Shown here one piece after another: positions 39,076 through 49,958 of a stretch of 64,000 bases of DNA. Origin of the DNA: Eukaryota sp. GEM-RC1 (lineage: Eukaryota); contig JAUFOQ010000002.1 in the NCBI GenBank assembly GCA_040285855.1, positions 620,001-684,000 on the forward strand, read 5' to 3'. The notes beneath the pieces are model-generated. The model was given only the letters and a program-made list of their open reading frames with translations. It was not told the DNA's origin and did not search any database. A program made the translations under genes and the position numbers. Within the stretch, counting starts at the first letter, position 1. Each line of letters starts with the position of its first letter.

Positions 39076-39522
39076 ATGTCTTCGGTCTCCACAGTAGATA
39101 ATCTTATCTCATCTTTAATCTCGCATTGTGACCCTCTTCCTGTTCTTGATGCAGCTCTCTCTAAAGTTACAACCACAACCGACAGCTACCTAACTCGTCT
39201 AGACGAGTTAACGGTTCATATAAACACTGTTTGTGACACCAAATTCTCATCATAGTGTCAACATAATCGAGGTACAGTAGCTCAGCGATGGATTGACCTT
39301 TCTGCATCAGCAGATCAGCTGAATGAACTTTTTGAGCTAATTGATTCCATAGAGAGTGCTATTTTAGGCACATCAGCGATGGTCAATCAATTGGACAAAA
39401 CTGTCACCGTTTTTCACAACAGACATCAAGATGTCATTAAGGGTAAATCAAATCCCAATGAAAGCATTATTCCTCCGGAAATACCAAAGTTAGAGTCAGT
39501 GCTCTCACAATCAAGTTCCTGA
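39076..39522 (+). CDS. Probable BLOC-1 subunit 4 (cappuccino)-like coiled-coil protein, absent from the ORF track
   Basis: MSSVSTVD...YLTRLDEL, 27-nt intron 39229-39255, then LNELFELIDSIE; spliced frame is open to TGA. Confidence 0.6.
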
Positions 39523-39731
39523 GTTTTGTCTGTTCTAGTATTCTATTTGTAAATCATGTCGTTTAGATTTCTGATGTTAACTATTTGTTCAATTGTATCA
39601 ACTTTACTAAAGTCAGTGTGTATAACATCAATGTAGATCATCCATCATAGTGGTATATTATAGAGTTTTTAAGTCGTGCTGACCAGAAAAATGAACTTCC
39701 TTTTTTCTCCACATTTTCCTCGGATTTTTCA

Positions 39732-40564
39732 ATGCCTAGCAAGGAAACTAAGGATCAGTATCTAGCTCGCGTTGAGGAGCTTTTTTGCACCTACAGCAAA
39801 ATTATGATGGTTGGTCTGGACAACGTTACTTCCAACCAAATCCAGAAGATCAGAATGGCTCTCCGTGGAAGGCAGTGATGCTCTGTGGTAAGAACGTATG
39901 ATTCATTTCGATCTCACCCCAGACCAGAATCAGTGTTGCCGTCAAGCGTGCTGCTAAGAAGTTCGAGTCTATCAACAAGTTGTTACCCTATTTGTACGGT
40001 AATGTTGCCTTCATCTTTTCCGATGGAGATCTAGTTGAAATCCGTGATATCATTCTCTCTAACAAGGTAGAAGCCCCAGCCCGTGTTGGTGTTATCGCTC
40101 CCGATGATGTGCACATTCCTGCTGGACCTACCGGTCTCGAACCTACACAAACTTCATTCTTACAGGCTCTCAACATCGCAACCAAGATTGCTAAAGGACA
40201 AGTCGAAATCATTAATCCTGTTCATTTAATCCGTAAAGGAAGCAAGGTTACTCAGTCTGAAGTTGCTCTTTTGCAAAAGCTGAACATCAAGCCTTTCTAC
40301 TATGGAATGGAACTTTTCCGTATCCTCGATGAAGGGTCTATGTACACTCCAGTTGTGCTCGATATTACTCAAGATGATATCCTAGACTTCGTTAGAGCTG
40401 GTGTCAATAACATTGCTGCTGTCTCCATGGAAGCTGGAATTGCTAATGCCGCTTCTATTCCTCATTTGGTTATCAATGGAGTCCGCAACTTGTTGAAAAT
40501 CGCCGCTGCCACCGATATTTCTTTCACTGAAGCTGAAGATCTCAAAGAACAATTATCTGCATAA
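39732..40564 (+). CDS. RPLP0: 60S ribosomal protein uL10/P0 lacking the acidic tail
   Basis: DNVTSNQIQKIR, GKN|T, GNVAFIF, APARVG, TGLEPTQTSFLQALNIATKI; intron 39896-39922; one A missing near 39870. Confidence 0.92.
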
Positions 40565-40839
40565 TTATTTAGCCACGGTTTATGATAAATTCTTTAGTTC
40601 TGTTGAAAAACATGTTTTTCTGTAGTTTGCTGTCTAACGCCTCACTGTCGTTCATAAATGTTCTTGTTAAAATCAGCAGCTGTTTTATTGGTATTTGAAA
40701 GTTACAGGATAAATGAGGTCATTTATATTCAGCGAGGACAAAACCTGAATCGATTGAAAGCCTTGTATAATCGATAACAAATCAATCGCGCCCACAGTGA
40801 ACTAACCGGTCATTCAAAAGCACTATATTAATATCACTG

Positions 40840-41301
40840 CTAACACATGTTCAATCGCAGCCTAAATGCATCATTACCATTAAGATAATATTTTGGTAAC
40901 AATTGTTCCCTAAGAAAACCATATTTCTGATATACCCGTAGAGAAGCAGGATTTGTCACCTCTGTTTCCAAAATAACATCGGAAAACCCGTCAGCTTTGA
41001 ACCGGTTTAGTTCTTCCTTAATCAAAAGTTGTGCTATTCCCTGATTTCGGTAACTTGGATCTACCGCAACCATACCAATATAACCATGAGATCCGATGCT
41101 TTGATCAAAATCAACACGTCCAATGATACAACCAACAAGTCGGCTTGTCACAGAATCCACTGCCAGAATGCAATATTGAGGAAATTCACCCACAAAATAT
41201 CTATAAGTCCACCGAGAATAAGGTTCACTTAGAATGTCGCCAAGAAATACCATGATGTCATTGAGATTGGCTTCACTCTCATAATCTCTTACAGAAATCA
41301 T
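40840..41301 (-). CDS. NAA30: N-alpha-acetyltransferase 30 (NatC catalytic subunit, Mak3)
   Basis: LSEPYS..TYRYF, GYIGMVAV, LETEVTN, YYLNGNDAFRL. Confidence 0.88.
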   Translation of the reverse strand: MISVRDYESEANLNDIMVFLGDILSEPYSRWTYRYFVGEFPQYCILAVDSVTSRLVGCIIGRVDFDQSIGSHGYIGMVAVDPSYRNQGIAQLLIKEELNRFKADGFSDVILETEVTNPASLRVYQKYGFLREQLLPKYYLNGNDAFRLRLNMC

Positions 41302-42099
41302 CAACGGTAATGTTCCAGAATGGAAAGCGTCAGGAACAGTAACGTCAAAGGTTTTCAATCTTTGAAACGAAAAGCAAGTACAGTATTGGGTTGGGAACTG
41401 TTTTAATTTCTTTTAGATAGATAACCACCTTTCTGGTATGTACCAATAGTATGTAGTAGTCCATTGTATAATTGTGTTGAATAACGACGGTCGTACCAGA
41501 ACTACGACGGTCTGAAAAACGAACCTACATTACAATTGATACCTTACTGAATCATGAATCTCACCTCTAAAAATAATAAAACAAACAGTTAAAATTCATT
41601 AAATAGGAAAGTGTTTGGTTGGGTAAACTAAACTGGTCATACAATGATTGGCCTCATAGACACTGATTTATGACCTAGTTTCAACATTAAATATGCATAA
41701 TTTAGTTTCACTGAGACTAATTGCTATGTATTTGAAAACTTCAATTATACATTTTTTCGTATTCCCAATAGACAAAGAGCAATCGAAGTAACGTTATTTA
41801 ATCACCACTAGATATAACTCATATCTAGTGGTGATTTAAATAGTCATTGAAATACGTGAAGAGTACTTAGCAACGATCAAAGTAAGTATCCAGAACAGCT
41901 TCTGGTTTCTTACTGTTCACTACACAGACTGCTTTCGCTTTCAATCATAATTTTCATCAACCACAAATTGTCACTAGCTATTAAAAACAATCAATACAAA
42001 ATTGTGTATATCTGTTTATAAACTGTTTTTATCGAGGAAGGGCCAAGAAAAGATATCATAATAAAGCTACGAAACACTAGACACAGAAAATTCCTGGTC

Positions 42100-43029
42100 A
42101 ACAGTACCACAGCTCTTATTCAACTGTTTGATAATTGATTTTAAAAACCTAGGCATCGCACGGAACAAAGAACAAATCAAACCGTTTTGCCAAGTTGATC
42201 AGTTAAATCTTGTATTCTGAGACTTACGCACAGATCCAAAATCAGTTAGACTGTGAAGTAAGCCGTAAACATATGTTTGAGCACATGGATCTACTGTTGT
42301 AACATCAGAGATAATTTGACTAGAATCAATAAAAGGACCATGTAAATCACCTCGACGAGATCTTATCTATTATATTGATTACTATATGTATGTACAATGT
42401 AGTGTTGTTGTCAATCACGACAAGATCTGTTCATTAAATCCAGACCCAATTTACTAAATTTGGGTTCAACTTTGGCTTGAAATCCGTGAGCTGTAAACAT
42501 TTCAAATGTAACATCTTTGACATCATTATGAAGAACTGAACGAAATTGAATAAATTTGGGACAATTAGTTTCGTGTCTAAAAGTTGCTCTGCGATCATGA
42601 CTACATACACATTCAGAATTGTTGAGCCATTCACAAACCTAAACGAAATCGCTTATTTAATTTCCTAGCCTCATCAGACACATGCAAAACAAAAGGATGC
42701 GGTTGTTGAGTGATCAAACAAGTTGAATTCATAATATAATTTAAGAAAGTAGTTAAAACGGGATTATTGATTTTAGAAACACTAAAACCATTTTCAAAAT
42801 TCAGGTTTTCAAATGCCTTCAAAAAGCTTATTTTGAGGTCTAACCACAAACAACAGCAGAGACAATAGAGATTTTTCAGGAGTACTTGGTAAATGAGAAG
42901 GAAAACAGCAGTTCCAAACAAAACGAATAGGTCAATATTATTCAATTGTTTACTAATTTTGGAACTGAGATTATACATATATTGTGGACAAAGATACTAT
43001 TAGTATGACCAGTGCATTGAATTTGTGAG
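42100..43029 (-). mobile_element. Degenerate RLE retrotransposon fragment (divergent subfamily)
   Basis: RRGDL.....IISDVTTVDPC near 42290-42360; multiple stops; abuts a MITE. Confidence 0.55.
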
Positions 43030-43031
43030 TA

Positions 43032-43909
43032 CAGTAAACTCTCTCTAATTGCAACCTCTGTAATTGAAAACTCTCTGAATTTGCAACAAAAACCCATGCC
43101 ACCGGGTAAAACAATACCAAATTGAAAATTGAAACAATTGAAACACTTTTTGAGACCTAATTGAAACATTGAAGTCAAAGTTATGCTGTATTCTAGTTGT
43201 CGCATCTATAGCTAGCTGCCATATATTGATGTTAGTGTGGAGAAAGAGGAAGACGTTGTCGTTTTTCATAAATCCTACAGTACTCTTCTGGTTTTTCCCA
43301 TCATCAACTTCAATATACCGTACACAGTACTGAACATCAACCAAAAGTCAAATACAAAAGCATGCTCGTCAATATTTTAATGATGATGAAAATACAGAAA
43401 CTGTAACTGCAGAACCGTTCCTCAAAAACAGAACTGAATCATTGTTTGAGAATTTTCTCCAATTGTGTTCAAATACATTAGTTTAATGACTTCACTGCTC
43501 TAAATCAAGTGATGATAGATCTTCCAGTAGTGCTGGGGAAAAGAGGGAGAAACATTGGTTCATTTTTTTGTCACCCTTACGAAATATCAACGACACACTG
43601 TCTGTGTACCATTGTATAATGAGTACTGTCGATATTAAGTAAAAGTCTTTTTTAAAAAGCGGGATGATTAATTTGAGTCAAACTAATAACATTTGTTTAA
43701 GTCCGAGCATTCTTGGTAGTTGTTTTGTGGATCAGACATGTTAATTTGCTCTTGCACACTAATTAATAACATATTTGATGTTCTGGAATACGTGTGGATG
43801 TTGTATTTAGTTTAGGGTAGATTTATAGGAACTCTCTGTAATTGAAAACTCTCCGTAATTGAAACGAAACTCCATTCACCAAGTCGTTTCAATTAGAGAG
43901 AGTTTACTG
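43032..43909. mobile_element. pogo/Tc1-mariner-type MITE
   Basis: 20-bp TIR CAGTAAACTCTCTCTAATTG flanked by TA on both sides. Confidence 0.9.
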
Positions 43910-43956
43910 TAGCAGAAATTGTCCCTCTCCAAAAACCATTAGTTCCTTCTTTTCTT

Positions 43957-44696
43957 ATGGAGACCACTTCCAGTTTGGAAAAGCTCATTGAACTGTTTCC
44001 TTCTTATGAACGTCAAGTATCTCAATTAATGCCTACAATAACTCAACTTGAAACCGATTTGCGACACAAAGAAAGTCAACTGCAGCAACTTCGTGAACAA
44101 ATGCAACAAAAGGACCATCAGCTTCAACATGCACAAGAACAACTCAAACTTAAGGATGACCAATTACTAAAATTACAATCTCATGTGGTTTCAAGAGACG
44201 ATGATTTGAACAGAGCACTTTCCAAGATAGACAGGCTGCAAAAGAGCTGGATTCAACAGACATCAGTACTAAAGAGCTTCACCATGCTTTCAATGAACAA
44301 AAGCAACTGCGGCGGCATTACCAACAACTCTTCCACCAAAGTCAAACCAAACTAGATGAAGTTTCCTTCATAATGCAACGATTAGGCTTCCTGTTTCATA
44401 CAACCTGGAATCCTCTTGTTTGCACTGTTAGATCTGTTGATCACAGCAGAGATTTGTTCAAGTTTTCCCTGTCCATTGTTCCTAATCAACACAAACCCCA
44501 AGATGCTGATGATTCCGAGGACTGGCTCCTGTATGAAGTTGTTGAGGTGTATGATGATGACGTTGCCAGGTCTATCACTCCTTTTACTTCAATACCATTC
44601 AAGATATCCATAACCCAAGTGGGGGGTCTGTTTTATGCCATTCTTGAGGGTATAATGCGAGGGTTTAAGGCTGGTGATGTTCAACAATGTGATTGA
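43957..44696 (+). CDS. Coiled-coil protein with globular C-terminus, possibly Csm1/Titan9 (monopolin)-like
   Basis: One A added near 44240 joins both ORFs; FKFSL...WLLYEV...FKISITQVGGLFYAI resembles Csm1 RWD domains. Confidence 0.45.
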
Positions 44697-45696
44697 TCTC
44701 TTTTTAACAGTATGATTGATCACTTGATTGACAGTTTTTGTGTAACTTTATTATTTTTTATTGTGTATTTTTATTTGGTTAATTTAACCTTTTATATGGT
44801 TTCAAGGGTGATTACGTTGTTCCTTGTCTTTCAAAAGACCCGTACTTTCTTTGTAAGGAGGGAGATGAACGGGAAATAAACAGATCAATGTTTATGGGGT
44901 GTTAAGTTTGTATTTTATGTTGGAAGATTTGAATCATGGAATTGTGGACTTTCCTCAGTAATTTTTCAAATTTTCTGCAGTTTTAATCTGGAAATGCGAG
45001 GTCACTTTAGAAAAACACAAATCCTCGATGTATAGTACGGTGACGATATACTGTAGTTTGACTGCCCGAGAGTACAATAGGACACGGTGCTTAAAATATT
45101 TGCTTTGAATTAATTTTTATTGCTTTAGGTACTGCAACTTTGTATCATCGAAGTACGGGTATTCTTGGATTAGTAGTCCATACGACCAACGGTATGATGG
45201 TCAATGTACTGGTGCCAATACAGTGGATCTGAAACTAAACTGAAATAATTCAACACATTTCAACCATCGAAAGTGTCCCTAAATAAACAAGCTCTAGTCT
45301 TGTGCAATCTTATTTCTGGAAATTACTGCAGGATGTGACGGACATGATTGTTTTGAGTTCTATAGTAGGGAATAATAGAACAATTCAGTTTCATTAATGA
45401 AACATAACTGTTGTACCTTCTTCAAGATTTACTGTCAGCCGATGTTTGATCTAGAAATTGATGACTTATCGATAGGAGTATTTTATTGTCCTTGCATAAT
45501 TCTACATACATGTATTACATTTTCAAACATTGCATGAATGATGATTACAACAAGAAACTCGTCTTCATAATACATTCCAAGGGTCAGTAAAAAGTTGGAA
45601 ATGTAGACTATAAGTGCCATAAGAAAGCGGAAGTGTTAGTTCAAAGACTTCTAGCAGTAGTCCATCAATCAATCAATTAAATTCAACAACACTTTG

Positions 45697-46669
45697 ATGA
45701 AGGGCGGCGGAAATCTCCCCAAGAAGAACCAAAAGGGAGTCTGTGTTAGTATGTAGCTATCTGAGTCTCAGTTCAGCCTGCTGTACATGCTGCTGCTGTG
45801 TTTTACTCATCATCATCCTTGCCGTAATGGTTTTTAGATCCGCAGCTTGTTCAAATCTAGAAACTGAAAGAGTAGTAGAGTTCACACACGCCCAATGGAT
45901 GAACTCTGTTACCATAAAAGCACACAGAGGTGATATTTTATTTGACCGCTCCTCAAGCTATACGGAAGCAAAAATCATCATAACAGTCCGCAATAATCGT
46001 AAAGAACGTCTTCCTATGGACTATGAGACCACGAAGGACGACTTCTCTGGATTTTTGTTCTTTGTTACATAGGATGGATCCTCAGATGTACAAAACTGCT
46101 TTACTGTTCGAGTGAAAGTTGAACTTCCCGATGAGTTTACCTCTGATTTGTTCAACTTCAACGTTGAATTCACAACCGCTACAACCGCTGTTAGCAACAA
46201 ACCTGTGAAGTTCGGAAATAATCAGCTCGTATTGCATAATTCAAAGATAGTCGCGAAATCCGGAACAGTAACAGGAATTGTCAAGTTCAAGGGCCACAAC
46301 ACATTGGAGGCCACAACAGACATTGAAGCAATTATGGACAGTTATACTGAACAATCCACTCTCACTATCATCACAGTCTCTGGAGAACAAAAGCTGATAC
46401 TTAAGAATGATGGAATGCATCATGATTACGAGGTAACCCAACAAACTGAGAGAGGTAACATCATCACTATCTTCCCTGAAGAGTTTAGTGGGTCAATTAC
46501 TCGCGGATACTCCACTTCTAATGTGCAAATCAAGGTGAAAGGTACTAATGGTGTTGAGTGTTCAATAGGAAATACTCAATGGGGATCTGGTGCACCTATA
46601 TTGACGATATTCAGATCTACGAACTCTGGAACTTCTGCAGTTAGTCTTAACCAGCCAATTTCGTGTTAA
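45697..46669 (+). CDS. Type-II membrane protein with Cys-rich anchor and beta-rich ectodomain (in-frame TAG at 46070)
   Basis: Intron 45749-45776 gives ...VTCCTCCCCVLLIII...; the two ORFs are in the same frame, separated by one TAG. Confidence 0.55.
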
Positions 46670-47207
46670 AATCACTGTGTTTAGTGTCATTTTCGATGTC
46701 GGTCGAATTATGTATATCTTTTTGATCTGCGATATGTTACTTGAACAACACGGTTGTATAATTGAACTCCGTAAATTAGGAGACGACCCAAATACAGTTA
46801 AACAGAAGGCAACTAAATGTATACAACTAAATATTCAAAACTGACTAAATAAACCAACACCATTCATTTTACTCTGGGTCAAAAGCTGCAGATTGCCATA
46901 AAAATCTGAAACCAGAGATTAATTTCCATAGTGTTTTAGTTCTGTAAATTTGTTTTTGTAATTATTTTATCGTAATTCATAGAACCAAAATTGAAAATTA
47001 ATCGGGGCATTAACTTTTAGATAGCCATGGTTCAAACTTCAAACGACCATTGTCAAAATCATCAGGACGGTTTTCCCCTGTCTGATTGAGATTGATGTCT
47101 GTCAATAAGCAATTTTTCCTCGATTTAGCGTGACCCTTGATTAAAGGTCTAAAAAAAGGTGACAGTTAATCGTGGAACAATTGTATGAACATGTACGGTG
47201 CTTAAAA

Positions 47208-47865
47208 CAGGGATGTTAAAAAATATATTTAAATAAATATAATATTGTGTGGGTTTACAATAAATATATTGATATTGTCAAATTTGACAATAAATAAATA
47301 AATTTATTGCCAATATCTCTTCGGTAACTCTAGTACTAGTATAATGTAGAAAAACGGGATCTATGATCAATCAAAGAAAAAAATTCTAATGAAGTGATAC
47401 AGTCTATTCTTCGTCCATTACATCCCCATTTTGGTGCAACAAATCTGGACTGGAGAAAAATTCTTCGAGTAGTATTTTCATGTCAAAGTTGCGAATTGTA
47501 CAGTAAAAGTAACTGTTTCTCAAGGCTTGAAGGGTGCAAACGTGATCGAAGAGTGCCAGTAGTAAGCATTGTACGACTGAACAATCTTTCGAACAACTAA
47601 AATCATTAGTCATTTTGATTCATAACAGTATGATCAACTGTTTGTATCATATTTTACAAAATTGAGACAACGTTGTACGAATTGTTTGAAGAAAGTTCGA
47701 TATTTGCAAATGAAAACACGACAATTTGGCATGACAATATAGTGTCACAATATTGAAATATATTGAAATACTATTGCATATTACCGATTGAGACAATAAA
47801 TATATTGGTGATCCAACTGTTGACAATAAATAAATAAATAAAAAATATATTTTTTAACATCCCTG
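47208..47865. mobile_element. hAT-type MITE
   Basis: TIR CAGGGATGTTAAAAAATATATTT; 8-bp TSD GCTTAAAA (47200-47207, 47866-47873). Confidence 0.92.
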
Positions 47866-48115
47866 GCTTAAAATATATGTTTAAGCTGCTCTATTTCTAG
47901 TACAGCACTGCCATATATGTTTTCTGATTCTACATTAGAATTGTCTCAAAACACCTACAGTTAAACAGAATGCAATCGTACAATGATTATCTGACTTGAA
48001 AAGAAAAGCAGTTATTTGTACAATAATGATTAGAGACAATACACACAGAATATGATTCGATTGGAGGAATGCTGTTTGTTGCTCAAGTCAAATTTTCTTA
48101 CCAAACACTTCGTTA

Positions 48116-48490
48116 ATGTCGTCTGACGAAGACGCTCCTTTCAAACTTGTTTTCAAAGATGCTTCTCAAAGAGAACAACACTCAAAACCCGTAACTCATT
48201 TCTCTTCTGACAGTTCACGTCACTCCTCCAACTATTCTGTACTGAAAATAGCACTGGATGATCAAGGAATCTCAACGCCTTCTACTTTAGAACCGTCTAT
48301 ACCAAATGACGATGACGATGATGAACAGCAGGCATATTCCGCTTGGCGTTTTCGCGAATTACAACGTCTCGCTGAAACCATTGCTATCAATGCTGATACT
48401 CCATCCAGGAAGCAATCTTCACTTCTCAAAGAGATCCACCTAGATCAGGAATTATCAACACCAAAGAAAAAGTCTATACTGGACCGTTGA
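48116..48490 (+). CDS. Short MFAP1/Spp381-like splicing factor
   Basis: FKLVFKDASQR and DDDDEQQAYSAWRFRELQRL resemble MFAP1 conserved motifs. Confidence 0.6.
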   Translation: MSSDEDAPFKLVFKDASQREQHSKPVTHFSSDSSRHSSNYSVLKIALDDQGISTPSTLEPSIPNDDDDDEQQAYSAWRFRELQRLAETIAINADTPSRKQSSLLKEIHLDQELSTPKKKSILDR

Positions 48491-49958
48491 CATATGTTTC
48501 TCCAATGTGTTGATTAGGTTTCTGTTGGAGGACCAATGTACCATTTGTAAACGGACGAACTTTATCTGGTCACGTGATGCTGGTCACGTGGTTCTGCTGG
48601 TCACGTGGTTCTAGTGTAGTCTCAGAATCTGTCTGGTTTCAATATTTTCGTGATAATTGGGTTACCTTACATTAATTTGGTTTCAGCTTGAACTTTTGTT
48701 AAACAAACTGGCGATTCTGTATTATTAAGTTAACTCTAATACTTTTTAATCTAAATTAGATCTATTTTGTAGGGTTGTACAAAATACGTCACGTTCTGCT
48801 CCATGACGACACTTTTTTTGAACACTTTTATTTTCAAGGACAAAGTTTATTTCCGCCACTAAATGTATTTCTGCCAACGACGTTTCATATATATAACTCT
48901 ACCATCTTTATATTAACAGTGGTATAAAAACACTGATCAAATGGTTCTACTGGAACTTGTATCTTCGATCTTCTTAAAGAACAAGGTTCTGGTGAGTTTA
49001 GTTATTCATTCATAATAAATCCTGATGAAGTTGATGGACTGTTGAAAGAGCTAATGATTTGGTGTTTTTACATTATAGATCACGAAAGTTTGTTAAGAAA
49101 GAACCACTTATTTACAGCTCGTCCAGGGTATTACGTCGTACTGATTACTTCCATCTGTTGAATTTTAGGTTGCAGTTCTGCGTGCAGTAAGGATATTTAC
49201 AGTACGTAAATATCGCTTATAATATGCTTTTAATAATCAATTTCTGGTAACAGCAAAGGGCCAAAACATATGCGATAGTTAGATTGCAATCTAAAGAACT
49301 CTAGGCACAAGATACATCTCAGACTGCTACCGGATGTTTGGCGGAGACATCTCGTCACATCGCATTTTAATAATTTGAAATCGTCTTAATTACTTGTAAA
49401 GTAATTACTATTATGTGTATTTAGCTATGATCATTGTCAGTTTTAGTGGAATTTCTTTACAGAAACTCTCAAATTGACCAATGTGAGACTTCCAAGGAGC
49501 AATTTGATTTAGGTACCTTTTCTGCAAAAGTTGTGGATCCGACAATGTATCTTAAACCGTTAGTGATCTATTCCGAAGGCCACTGCTACACATCACCTTT
49601 TTGAAATAATCTTTTCAAGTATGGCTTAGAGAATGAAAGTTCAAACCGAAATCGCCAACGCCTGTTTTTACGATTTTATGGACCATAAGTAGGATGTCAC
49701 AGTGAAAAGCTCACCCAGGGTAACCCTGCAAGTTAATCAATGGTCTCAATCAAGTTAAACAAACAAGCATGTAACAACTGTAAACGTAAATGAAACTGTG
49801 TACAACTAGTTTCAATAACATCAGTGATTCTACATGTACCCTCCCGATAGATTAAAGAAGAACTTCCTGTACATAATAATCGACTGTTAGAACGATCCCT
49901 CTTTAATAACATACACATTATACATTCAATAAATCATTTATTCAAATCTCATATACAT

